The notes beneath the pieces were generated by a model. It saw only the letters and a list, made by a program, of their open reading frames with translations, was not told the DNA's origin and did no database searches. From positions 14,632,001 through 14,696,000 of the forward strand of contig NC_043005.1 in assembly GCF_006345805.1 (NCBI RefSeq): a stretch of 64,000 bases of DNA. Reading direction: 5' to 3'. Origin of the DNA: Octopus sinensis. Taxonomy: Eukaryota. How positions within the stretch are numbered: position 1 is the first letter of the stretch; each line of letters starts with the position of its first letter. Position numbers and translations under genes: made by a program. Positions 50,641 to 62,757 of this stretch are shown in pieces.

Positions 50641-51948
50641 CAAACTCAGCTGTTTTGAGTACTGATTCTGAGTTCCCTCAGTTCTTGTGAAGGTGTTGAT
50701 CTCTTCTCATTTCTCTCTACGTTTTGTAGGGAGAAACATTAAATTCTTTCCATCTCCCACCTCCCCACCAAGTCAATCAATCAATCAAAACAACAATAAT
50801 ATTATTATTCAACAGTTCAATATATAGATTCTACTGTCTGACTATTCTCCTGTCCAGAATATCCATCAACATGTGATTAGCATTTTGACATTAAATTTTT
50901 CCATCTCCCACCTCCCACCAAGTCAATCCCACCATCAATCAATCAATCAAACAACCAATAATATTTATATCACACAGTTCAATATATAGATTCTACTGTC
51001 TGACTATTCTCCTGTCCAGAAATATCCATCAACATGTGATTAGCATTTTTGATCCTAATTAACTCTGAATGTCAATCTGTAGTAGACACTCGTTTGTGAA
51101 CTGCTTGAAAATGCACCTCATCACTAGGTACACAAACCAGTGGCACAGGATATGACCTGTATCATTGAAATCCATCGATTAGATAAAAAGTCATTGTGTT
51201 CTGAACATACCTACCATTTCTTAGTCCCTTTTTGCCAAATCCTTCTTTGGACAAGGAGTTAAAACACAGAGAACTGTAGATGAGTGCAAGAATTAAGAGA
51301 ATGTCTCTCCATGCAACACTAATGGTAGAACATGGATTTAGTAGTGCAGAGCAATAGAACAGTCAACAATTATACACAGCTCCCACTGCATGCAGTGGTA
51401 AGATGTAGCACTTAGGGGTACCTATTTATAGTAAGGTGGACTAAACTAGTGAGACTTTAACAGCACTGGAGATGAAGTTTTGATTAGTCACGTGAAAAGT
51501 GACACTTTGTGAAGGAAGAGTTTACTTTGAAACAAGTGACACCTTAATCGTCAATATCATCATCATTATCCACATCACCATCTCCACCACCACCACCACC
51601 ATCATCATCATCATTATCCACATCACCATCTCCACCACCACTATCATCATCATCATCATCAGATTGAAGTTTTGGGGGAATAAAGGAGAAAAGAGAGATA
51701 AAATTAACAAGATTGTGAGAAAAGACAGCACAGACTTGAAAGGTAATAGGATGGGTTATTTAGTGGTGGAGGGGCAGGTCAAGGGCTATCCATCATCATA
51801 AATATTTTCAGAAAAGATTTTCAAGTTGGCTCTACTAGTATTTTGAACCCAGCCATTTTGAAATCTCAAATTCACTAACATAAATTACACATTTGCTTTC
51901 TTATCATCATTAGATATCTTAAAATGGGTGAATAAAATATCATATTAC

Positions 51949-52178
51949 ATCATCATTGATTCTGATAGGTTTATCCAAAAAATGCAGTTTTAAGCCGGTT
52001 ATTTCATTATCTTCATATGTCTCCAAATAGAAATGGTCAACACAGCCATATCCATGTTCACAGAGATTTTGCCAAACTAAACCTTTAGAGAAGGAAGATA
52101 ATGTTCCTTGAATTATTTCTACAAAGAAAGCTTGCTCAAGTTCTTCAGAAGACATAATTATCAGCTGCCAAATTTTAC
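51949..52178 (-). CDS. Candidate coding exon (KIWQLIIMSSEELEQAFFVEIIQGTLSSFSKGLVWQNLCEHGYGCVDHFYLETYEDNEITGLKLHFLDKPIRINDD)
   Basis: Poly-T tract + ttcag| acceptor; 76 open codons; donor GAT|GTAATA (or stop at 51940). Confidence 0.65.
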
Positions 52179-52254
52179 CTGAAATAAAAAAAAAAAAATT
52201 TAATTACTCAGTATGTGAGAGTGTGTGTGTGTGTATATATATATTATATATACT

Positions 52255-52628
52255 CTTCAGTCATTTGACTGTGGTCATGCTGGAGCACTGCCTTTAGTCA
52301 AGCAAATTGATCCTAGGACTCATTCTTTGTAAGCTTAGTACTTATTCTATTGGTCTCTTTTGCTGAACCTCTAAGTTACAGAGACGTAAACACACCATCA
52401 TCGGTTGTCAAGCGATGTTGGGGAGTCAAACACAGACACACAAACATATACACAGATACATATATATATACATATATGTGACAGGCATCTTTCAGTTTCC
52501 ATCCACCAAATCCACTCACAAGGCTCTGGTCGGTCCGAGGCTATAGTAGAAGATACTTGCCCAAGGTGCTACGCAGTGGGACTGAACACAGAACCATGTG
52601 GTTCATAAGCAAGCTACTTACTACACAC

Positions 52629-52630
<2 letters not shown>
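52255..52630 (-). mobile_element. SINE (CA-containing family), heavily CpG-decayed
   Basis: Same body as 21095 but with CG changed to TG/CA at most sites. Confidence 0.8.
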
Positions 52631-52706
<76 letters not shown>

Positions 52707-52737
52707 TACACTTATATATATACATATATCATCATCA

Positions 52738-52915
52738 TCATCATCATCATCGTTTAACGTCCGTTCTCCATGCTAGCATGGGTTGGACGGTTCGACCGGG
52801 GATCTGGGAAGCCAGAAGGCTGCACCAGGCTCCGGTCTTATCTGGCATGTTTCTACAGCTGGATGCCATTCCTAACGCCAACCACTCCGTGAGTGTAGTG
52901 GGTGCTTTGGGGCAA
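52738..52915 (-). mobile_element. RTE 3' tail
   Basis: (CAT)n cgtttaacgtccg...catgctagcatgg; inverted relative to 50450-50640. Confidence 0.8.
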
Positions 52916-53221
52916 ACACCCCCTGTGAAATTTCAAATACTTCCGATTTCAGTGAAAATAACAACATAACTTCTAGGTAGTAAATAAAGGCAATTTCCAA
53001 AATTTCACCATCTTACAATATTATTTGACCCTACTAAAGGGGTTTATAACATGGGACAGAGCCCCTTTGAAAGTGCAAATACATCAACTTTCATGGAAGG
53101 TACATAAGTTTCAGTATGTGTTCTTGGAATAAGTTAAAAGTTCAACAATGCATATTTCATTCTAGACTTTGCAACATAATTTTATGCATTAGAAAAGAAT
53201 ATTTTAATAAGCAAAACATAC

Positions 53222-53310
53222 TTCGTTTACCATATCACGGTCAGTCCAAACACCTGACTCATCAGTTGAGCGTATACCAATACAACGATCAACAGTGACT
53301 AGCTTTGTGT
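53222..53310 (-). CDS. Candidate coding exon (TKLVTVDRCIGIRSTDESGVWTDRDMVNE)
   Basis: tatattctcaag| acceptor, GAA|GTATGT donor, single open frame; phases do not join the neighbouring exons cleanly. Confidence 0.45.
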
Positions 53311-53672
53311 CTTGAGAATATATAATTTTATAAAAAAGCTGTTTTTTTATCCATGTTTGACTTTTGTCATGTTTCACTTACATGTTAGCAAAAAAGATAC
53401 ACACACACACACACACACATATATGATTGGTTTAGTTGTTCAAAAAAATCTTACGTCCCAGTAGTTTGCATGAATATTTAGAAGCAGCTGGCTTAAATAT
53501 GTTACCAACAACCATATACTTTTCCAGTAAGTGCATTTGTTATGACAATCTGAAAAATTATGAAACAATACACTTTAAGTTGATTACTTTCATTGTATAT
53601 TTAAATTAATGCAAACACCTACACTGATATAAGGGCAATCCTTGTCATTTTGAGCTTCATTTTTATCATCAA

Positions 53673-54073
53673 CTAGCAGAATCGCCCGGCGTTGCTTGGG
53701 TTTGTAAGGGAGATAACTATATAAGCATTTTTAGAGATGTAAAGTATAATAGCCATCTCAATATGGCTAACCACAAAGGCGGGGTGTTACTGTAGCTTTT
53801 TACGTTCTGAGATTTAATAATACATTTTTAGAGAGTTACTTCCCTTATATAATAGCAAAAAAATGCATTAAAAATGGAAAAAAAAAGATGGTAATTTTTT
53901 TTTTAAATCGTAGACTCATCGTAGACGCGTGCTAATACACAGAAGGGCTCGATATGAATCACTACTATGAGATACCCGCTTTTGGTTTACACTGCACCGC
54001 AAAATGTGGGAGTAGTTAGGAATCTAAATCATAGGAGACAGACAGCACACAACCTCACTTTTATATATAAAGA
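53673..54073 (-). mobile_element. Non-autonomous Helitron
   Basis: a|ctagcagaatcgcccggcgttgcttggg ... tatataaaga|t. Confidence 0.8.
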
Positions 54074-54327
54074 TATTTCACCAAAAAATTCTGTCGTTTT
54101 ATTGCATCGATCATTTTGTTTCTGTGAGATAATGTAATTCTGTTCCATGTTTAATTAAACTTGTACAAGATAATGATAAAATTTAAACTGTAAATAATTA
54201 TTTGTTAAATATGGTCACATGCAATTATATATTTTTCAACACTGTTTGATGTGACTCAAGTTATTTATTCTAGCTTGGCTAAGCTTAATGTGCATCAGTA
54301 AATGTAATATTTATTTTATCTGAACAG

Positions 54328-54474
54328 GGCTGTGAAAGACGAATATTAGTAACTGATGACAAGCAAGGACACAGAAATGCATGCATCCTACCCCCTGATA
54401 AAGTCATTCATAGCCCAATGGGTTTTCACACATTTTTCTGTGAGGAGGATTTATTCACTGGATTATTTCCATAG
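54328..54474 (+). CDS. Candidate terminal coding exon (GCERRILVTDDKQGHRNACILPPDKVIHSPMGFHTFFCEEDLFTGLFP*)
   Basis: tttattttatctgaacag| acceptor followed by 48 open codons in phase 0 and TAG; non-repetitive. Confidence 0.45.
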   Translation, partial: GCERRILVTDDKQGHRNACILPPDKVIHSPMGFHTFFCEEDLFTGLFP

Positions 54475-54899
54475 TGAAATGTCTTCCCACATCCAAGTGC
54501 ACCCAAATGTGCTTAATATAGTTCTCCATGATTATAATTTATTCAATTTTACATTTAGCAACAAAAATGTACTCCATCCAGTGAGAGATATATATCATTT
54601 ACTATATACATGACATAAATGAAGTTAATATTAGTTTTATGCAGTGAAAACACAATTATTGATCAGGCTCATATAGAAAACCATGCACTTTCAAGCAACC
54701 TTTTGCTCTTTAATATACAACAGGGCTGGTCATTTTTCGCAAAAAACAAGCAAGTACAGTACTTATATCTAAAAGGGATATGAGAGCTTTCAGCTAAACA
54801 AAGCCTGCATCTCTACTCACCTACTAAGTTCAGGATGTGGCATTTTCACTAAATATAAACATCTGAGCAAATTACTTTTATTCAACTGTGACTACTAAG

Positions 54900-56562
54900 A
54901 CCCGGGATGCTCCTGGCACCAGTTCCGCATACCCCCTACCCATCCAAAGTACCTTGGATCCCGGAACATCTCGCTGTGCTTGAGGAGACCTGTCGAGTCA
55001 AGTGCATATACATGAACATCGAACCAAATATCAATGGAAACAGTAGTTGTGATACCTGTGCCGGTGACACATAGAAAGCACCATCTGATCGTGGCCGTCG
55101 CCAGTGCAGCCTCCACTGGCTTCTGTGCCAGTGGCACATAAAAAGCTCCATCCGAACGTGACCGATGCCAACCCCGCCTCGAATGGCTCCTGTGCCGGTG
55201 GCACATGAACATCGAGCCAAATATCAATGGAAACAGTAGTTGTAATACCTGTGCCGGTGACACATATAAAGCACCATCCGAACGTGGCCGTTGCCAGTGC
55301 AGCCTCCACTGGCTTCTGTGCCGGTGGCACATAAAAAGCACCATCCGAACGTGACCGATGCCCACCCCGCCTCAAATGGCTTCTGTGCCGGTGGCACATG
55401 AATATCGAACCAAATATCAATGGAAACAGTAGTTGTGATACCTGTGCCGGTGGCACATAAAAAGCACCATCCGAACGTGACCGATGCCAACCCCGCCTCG
55501 AATGGCTTCTGTGCCGGTGGCACATGAACATCGAGCCAAATATCAATGGAAACAGTAGTTGGGATACCTGTGCTGGTGACACATGTAAAGCACCATCCGA
55601 ACGTGGCCGTTGCCAGTGCAGCCTCCACTGGCTTCTGTGCCGGTGGCGCATAAAAAGCACCATCCGAACATGACCAATGCCAACCCCGCCTCGAATGGCT
55701 TCTGTGCCGGTGGCACATGAATATCGAACCAAATATCAATGGAAACAGTAGTTGTGATACCTGTGCCGGTGACACATAAAAAGCACCATCCGAACGTGGC
55801 CGTTGCCAGTGCAGCCTCCACTGGCTTCTGTGCCGGTGGCACATGAAAAGCACCATCCGAACGTGACCGATGCCGACCCCGCCTTGAATGGCTTCTGTGC
55901 CGGTGGCACATAAAAAGCAACATCAGAACCTGGTCGATGCCAGCACCGCCCCGACTGGCTTCTGTGCCGGTGGCACATAAAAAGCACCAACTGATCATGG
56001 GATCCCGGAACATCTCGCTGTGCTTGAGGAGACCTGTTGAGTCAAGTGCATGTACATGAACATCGAACCAAATATCAATGGAAACAGTAGTAGTTGTGAT
56101 ACCTGTGCTGGTGACACATAAAAAGCACCATCCGAACGTGGCCGTCGCCAGTGAAGCCTCCACTGGCTTCCGTGCCGGTGGCACATAAAAAGCACCATCC
56201 GAACGTGACCGATGCCAACCCCGCCTCGAATGGGTTCTGTGCCGGTGGCACATAAAAAGCAACATCCGAACGTGGCCGATGCCAGCACCGCCCCGACTGG
56301 CTTCTGTGCCGGTGGCACATAAAAAGCAACATCCGAACGTGGCCGATGCCAGCACCGCTCCGACTGGCTTCTGTGCCGGTGGCACATAAAAAGCACCAAC
56401 TGATCGTGGCCGATGCCAGACCCCTCTGGCACCTGTGCAGGTGGCACGTAAAAAGCACCCACTACACTCGCGGAGTGGTTGGCGTTAGGAAGGGTATCCA
56501 GCTGTAGAAACACTGCCAGCGCGGAAAATGGACGTTAAACGATGATGATGATGATGATGATG
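54900..56562 (+). repeat. Modular tandem array (21 palindromic TGTGCC-ggt-GGCACA units) formed from an expanded RTE 3' UTR, ending in a (GAT)n tail
   Basis: Units of 67/67/59 bp; terminal segment and (GAT)n match the RTE tails at 50230 and 57900. Confidence 0.9.
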
Positions 56563-57008
56563 AAAACACCACCCTCACCATATTAAGCATCCTTGTTCAA
56601 TTAATTTACACCATCTAAATATATTCTCGTTTGAAGACACTGAACAGACACAACTCTTAATTTTCTTCTGGTTTTTTCCCATTCCACTTTTTCTTTTTAC
56701 TTCCTCCATCATCTTTCATGTTTTATCAAATACCAGCCTCCTTTCTCATCACTTCAAAAAAGTGCAGCCATATTGTATGTTTGAGTCTGAAAGATTGCTT
56801 GAAAATACATGGCACAGTATACACGCTTGTCTGACAATCATGTTTTCACAGCATGAAACTAATAGTTACTTGAATTTAAAAGCTGTGTATATTAAATGGT
56901 ATATATAAGCTTATGTACATATACATACATGCATACATATACATATATGTGTGAGTATGTATAGATAGATATATACATTATACATGTATGTGTATATATA
57001 TGTGTGTG

Positions 57009-57044
<36 letters not shown>

Positions 57045-57050
<6 letters not shown>

Positions 57051-57239
57051 ATAGTTGCCATGATAGTTCGTTAGCCACTACACACATTTTCTTCTCTCCT
57101 TGTTTTTTCTATGTCCCTTTCTGTAGAAGAGCATAGGCTCAAAACGTAAAAGACTCTTTCTATTCCTGAGCATTATACTAATACATCTGTTTGTTTTGTA
57201 CACCACCTGTCTTCGTCTTTTGTTTTTTTCATAAACTCT

Positions 57240-57243
<4 letters not shown>
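57045..57243 (+). mobile_element. Short PLE-like terminal-repeat element in (TA)n with hammerhead-like motif (57117-57152)
   Basis: cuuu-CUGUAGA-a-gagc(auag)gcuc-AAAACGUA-aaag; family of 23100. Confidence 0.6.
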
Positions 57244-57290
<47 letters not shown>

Positions 57291-57394
57291 CTTGAATTTA
57301 AAAGCTGTGTATATTAAATGGTATATATACCCTTATAATATATATATGTATAAATATATATATACATACATACATACATACATATGTCCTCAAC

Positions 57395-58315
57395 AGCTCC
57401 ACTGGATGTGTAATGTCAGTGTGCATACTCGACAGATTGTAAGTACCTTGAGAGAAAAGTTGGACCTAAGAAACATCAGATGTGGTGTGCAAGAGAGACA
57501 ACTGTGCTGGTATGGTCATGTGGTAAGAATGGATGAGGATAGCTGTGTGTAAAAGTGTCACACCCTAGCAGTTGAAGGAACCTGTGGAAGAGGTAGACCC
57601 AGGAAGATCTGTGGTGAGGTGGTGAAGCATGACCTTCAAATGTTAGGCTTCACCGAGGCAATGACTAGTGACCGAGACCTTTGGAAATATGCTGTGCTTG
57701 AGAAGACTCGGCAAGCCAAGTGAGACCATAACCCATGGCCTATGCCAGGGGTGTAACCAGCCCACTTATGCATACCTTTCCTTCATTAGACACTAAACTC
57801 TGCTTGTGAAGACCTGTTGAGAGAAGTGAAATCGAAATCAAATTCAATGACAGCACCACATGACTGGCATCCATGATAGTGGAGAACTAAGAGCACCATC
57901 CGAGCGTGATCGTTGCCAGGGCCGCTGACTGGTGCCCGTGCCAGTCACACATAAAAAGCATCATTCGAGCATGATTGTTACCAGCATCGCCTTACAGGCA
58001 CTTGTATTGGTGGCACATGAAAAAAAACATCCGAGGGAGGTTGTTGCCAGTGTCGCTGGACTGGCACCTGTGCAGGTGACATGTAAAAAACAACATTTGA
58101 GTGTGGCTGTTGCCAGTACTGCCTGAGTGGCGCTCGTGCCGGTGGCACGTAAAAGCACCTACTACACTCTTGGCGTGCTTGGCGTTAGGAAGAGCATCCA
58201 GCTGTAGAAACTCTGCCAGATCAGATTGGAGCCTTGTGCAGCCACTGGCTCTCCAGTCTTCAATCAAACTGTCCAACCCATGCCAGCATGGAAAGCAGAC
58301 GTTAAACAATGATGA
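57395..58315 (+). mobile_element. 5'-truncated RTE LINE: RT C-terminus plus modular 3' UTR
   Basis: LREKLDLRNIRCGVQERQLCWYGHVVRM, GRPRKI, DRDLWKYAVLEKTRQAK*, then ~65-bp gtgcc..ggcac units and a gatgat tail. Confidence 0.85.
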
Positions 58316-59044
58316 TACACATCTATATATGTGTATGTGTGTGAGTATAGATTGATATAGATATATACATTATATATATATATATATATATAATATATAT
58401 ACTGGGCCTGATGAAGCCTTCCGGCTTCACAGACCCCAGTTAAACCATCCAACCCATGCTAGCATGGAAAACGGATGCTAAATGATGATGATGATGATGA
58501 TGATATATATATATATATATATATATATGCAAATATATGTGTATGCATATATGTATATATAAAACCAAAGTCTTAATAAGTAGGAAGGCAGGCAAACCAC
58601 AAAACCCTTCAGGTAGATGGCTCTGCTCGATCTGTAGAAAAGGCGTAGGTAGAAACTCCCTAAGATGTACCCAATGTAAGTTATGAACACATAAGAGGTG
58701 CAGCAATATCAAAAGAAGGCTAACTGGGAAGATAGATTTTGTGTGTGGTAAATGCTCAGGGCCAATGAACACTGAAAATGTGCAGAATACAGCCTCCAAC
58801 ACATTCCAGAGAGAAAAACTAGATGTAGTTGATAGCTTCCATTACCTAGGTGACCATGTCAGTAGTTGGGGGGGGGGTGCTCTGAAAGTGTAGCTGCTAG
58901 ACTAAAAATATCCTGGGCAAAGTTCAGACAGCCCCTACCTCTGCTGGTGACAAAGGGCCTCTTGTTCAGAGTATATATATGTGTGTATATTTATATATAT
59001 ATATATATATATACATTGCTGAACTTATATATATATATATATAC

Positions 59045-59105
<61 letters not shown>

Positions 59106-59859
59106 TCAGCAAAATTTAGATTCAAATGAATATGGTACTTAAGTCAGATGCACCAGAATTTTGTATGGTGTTATCCATATAAAATCCATGGGGTGATTAT
59201 AATCAAAGTAAGTAACAAGAATATCTTCAGTAATTTGGTACGATTGTTTCACGCTACATCATTTTATTAAACATTGTAAGTATTACATCAGTTTTAAAAT
59301 GTTGAGCAATCATCAGCCATTCATAGAGGTTTTTCATCAATACATATACTTATTTCCATGTTAATTGATAACATTATAAAGAGGGTAGATATACAGACAG
59401 AGATGTTGACTTAAATGTTAAGAACATTAAGGTATTAGAATTTATCTTCTGACTGCAGATTTTCTTCTAGTTATTTTGATCTGCTAGTGAGTGGCAAGGG
59501 ATATTCAGTTGAATGGAGACAGAAGAGTTTTCTATTTATAGATATAGGAAAGGGGTAAATAAAAGTTATTCCTGGTGAAGTTAAAGTGGTAGGGGGATTA
59601 TAGACTAGTTTTGTCTTAGAGGTTGTTTACTACTATTCAGCAATCAGATTTTGTATCAGGAAAACTAGGCCAATACTAAATGGTCACGGTAACCATCTGT
59701 ATACTACATAGTTACAGAAAATACAGAGGTTCTTTTACACTTATACAAACATATACATATATGCATCTGCATTAATATATACAATCATACTTGGCTAGTA
59801 AGTGGTCATTATTTTAATAAGTTGGATTAAAAGGTTTCAAGTAATATGTCTCTAAATCT

Positions 59860-60330
59860 CTGTCCATTCACAGGATCTTTAAGCTTCCAGACCCTTCTCC
59901 TCCATGCTGGTCGTCTTCTGGGCATCCATTTAGCCCTGATCCTGAAGTCACTAACTACCAGTCTATGTTGTGGGGTACATTCTTCACCTGGGAAGGTTTT
60001 GGTATTTATAAGCAGCCATCTTTCCCTTTTCTTGGCAAGGATGTAGTCAATTTGGCTAGTGTGTCTGCCAGAACAGTAAGTGACTAGGTGACTGGCAGGT
60101 TTTCTGAAGTTAGTATTGCAAACCATAAGATCATTTGCATCACAGAACTCCAGCAGCCTGGTTCCCTCCTAGTTGCAGGAACCATAACCGTAGCCTCCAT
60201 GTATGCCATGGAAGCCCCCAGCATGTTGTCCAACATGTCCATTGAAGTCACCAGCCACAAAGAGATGGTCCTTGTCGAACTAACAAGTTTAGAGGAGAGC
60301 ATCTTCTGCATGCACTGGTTTGGTGGTGGA
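59860..60330 (-). mobile_element. RTE LINE APE endonuclease fragment
   Basis: VCNTNFRK...SQIDYIL...QHRLVV motifs. Confidence 0.8.
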
Positions 60331-61049
60331 AGTCTTGGCGAGGCGAGTGGTAATTGAAAGAGGGCGAGAGAGACAGAGTGAAATAGAGAGAGACAGACAA
60401 ACAGAGTGAAATAGAGAGAGAGAGAGACAGAGTGAAATAGAGAGAGAGAGGGGAGAAGTAGTCAAGAATATGAAGGAGGAAATATTCTTTTGGGATCTGC
60501 TTAGCATAGTTTAATGAGAGAGCAAATGTTGATAATAGTAAAATAGACTTGAAAAATCTGAGTTTTCGGTCAGACAATTTAAGACAAAATTAGAGTAATA
60601 AGTGACTGTGTGATAAAATTTTAATAGATGAATGAATCGATGAATATGTTGCGGTTAACTTGAACTAGGAAGTTGAGAGGAGAGCATCTTCTGCGTGCAC
60701 TGGTTTATATGTGGTGGTGTTGGTAGTGGTGGAAGTCTTGGCGAGGCGAATGGTAATCGAAAGAGGGAGAGAGAGACAGAGTATATATACACATATATAC
60801 ATACATACGGTGGCAGTAAAAAGCACCATCTGATCGTGGGCATTGCCAGCCTTGCCTGGCCTCCGTGCCGGTGGCACGTAAAAGCACCATCCAATCGTGG
60901 CCGTTTGCCAGCCTCGTCTGGCACCTGTGCCGGCGGCACATAAAAAGCATCCACTACACTCTCTGGGCCTGGTGCAGCCTTCTGGCTTCCCAGACCCCAG
61001 TTGAACAGTCCAACCCATGCTAGCATGGAAAGCGGACGCTAAACGATGA

Positions 61050-61104
<55 letters not shown>

Positions 61105-61113
61105 CATATATAT

Positions 61114-61146
<33 letters not shown>

Positions 61147-61570
61147 ACCCATGCTAGCATGGAAAGCGGATGTTAAACGATGATGATGATGATGATGATG
61201 ATGGTGATATATATCTATATATATATGTATGTACATATATGAACAGAGAAATACAAATGTACGTTTGCATACACACACATATGTGTGCAAGTTCATACAC
61301 AGTGACATACAGAGATAACTCCATTTAATGTGAGAAACCTCTGACTGGTTCACTTGCTAGAAATGCCAAATCTCTTTTAAATCACATCCTACTGTCTTAG
61401 AGAAGAAGGACACACTGAATAAAGCCTTTGGTTGCATGCATCTGAGAAACTAAACATGATGGTCATGACTGGAATGTCTTTCTTTCTTTAGCCAATCAAG
61501 CAAGCCCAACCAGGACTTCAACAATGACAAAAAAATCGAACAGAGAAGATAAAAAATACAGAATTCTTAC

Positions 61571-61803
61571 TTGGAATATGTCAAAAGCCTCATGAGGGTA
61601 ATTGAAGTATACAAGAACCTCATTCATTCTTAAATTTCCAATAATGGCAAATTCAGCAAATGTCGGGATATAAGCTAACTTTTTTAATCTTAGCTGATGT
61701 AAAGAATGTATTCCACTGCCATGCACTACAAGAAGTACAGTTAGTACTACTCTATCTCTTATTAGTCTGGATCGTGAGGTTAATTCTACTCTCCACATAG
61801 AAT
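61571..61803 (-). CDS. Coding exon of an unidentified minus-strand gene (SMWRVELTSRSRLIRDRVVLTVLLVVHGSGIHSLHQLRLKKLAYIPTFAEFAIIGNLRMNEVLVYFNYPHEAFDIFQ)
   Basis: ttttcttctttcttgtttag| acceptor, CAA|GTAAGA donor, 77 open codons (phase 1 to 0), non-repetitive. Confidence 0.75.
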
Positions 61804-61877
61804 CTAAACAAGAAAGAAGAAAATAATTTTTTTAAAAAAACAATCAAAAAGATGATAGTGTAGTTGTGATACATTAA

Positions 61878-62099
61878 CCCTTTTGTTACCAACCCGGCTG
61901 AAACCGGCTCTGGCTCTGTTGTACAAATGTCTTGTTTTCTTAAGGTTTCAATTAAAATCTTCCACCAAACCTTAGTCACAATTTATGTTCCTAATACAAG
62001 CTGAATGATAACTAAGTTATTTTACTAAATTCTTTGTTATATTTAAAATTAATTGAAAGAAACACAGAACATCTCAAAATAAATACAGTAAAGAAAGGG
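61878..62099. mobile_element. piggyBac-type MITE
   Basis: TTAA|cccttt ... aaaggg|TTAA; inverted relative to the 5465 copy. Confidence 0.88.
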
Positions 62100-62757
62100 T
62101 TAACAAATGAAACGTGCTGAAAGAAAAGAAGAAACATTGGAATTACTTGACATTTTAAGATCCAAGCTATTCCTCAAAGGATGGTGGCTGAAATATTTGT
62201 TAGAATATTTTTGTTGAAATACAATGTCTTGGTTTCAGTTAATTTCGAGAATGATGAAGCATTTATTAAATAACTTTGGAATTTTAATGAAAGATTTTTC
62301 ATTTCGACCACTTTAAAACAAAGAATTGATATTAGGGAAGTAGGGTCCATCTTTGGCAGGTTGTCACCAAAATGGTTCAGAAGTAAATGAATGGTAGCTA
62401 TTAATATTTGTAATCATATTAAATTCAATGATTTAAATAATTAGTAGGAGGAAGAATTATCATTAATAATATTTGTTACGAACATTAAACACTTTTGATA
62501 TATATGTAACAAATAATTTATTGTATGTTTGTATGCAAATCAAGCAAAATGTGAATATGTAAAAGGTGAGAGCTGCAATATCTCATATAAATAAAATCAT
62601 AATTGCCTTTTAATAGTGAGAATAATTTCTTAGAGAGAAAGTGGAAGAGTAAAACTGATATTTAATGAAACAATATTCATCCAGGATCTAAAAATACAAG
62701 GTGTCCCAATGGTCTCCGTGGAGGGATTAATTCTAAGGCTTTTATAAGACTGCTAAA

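Noticed and set aside
54895-56513. Long ORFs (up to 280 aa) over the modular array, and a true CRISPR call
   Set aside because: The ORFs are antisense translations of tandem units. The 'spacers' recur as a few modules, no cas genes are present, the context is eukaryotic, and the array ends in an RTE (GAT)n tail.
58408-58432. CTGATGA followed by a short stem (also at ~44315), resembling a hammerhead start
   Set aside because: No GAAA or stem III follows. It is part of the RTE 3' tail variant (gaagccttccggcttc).
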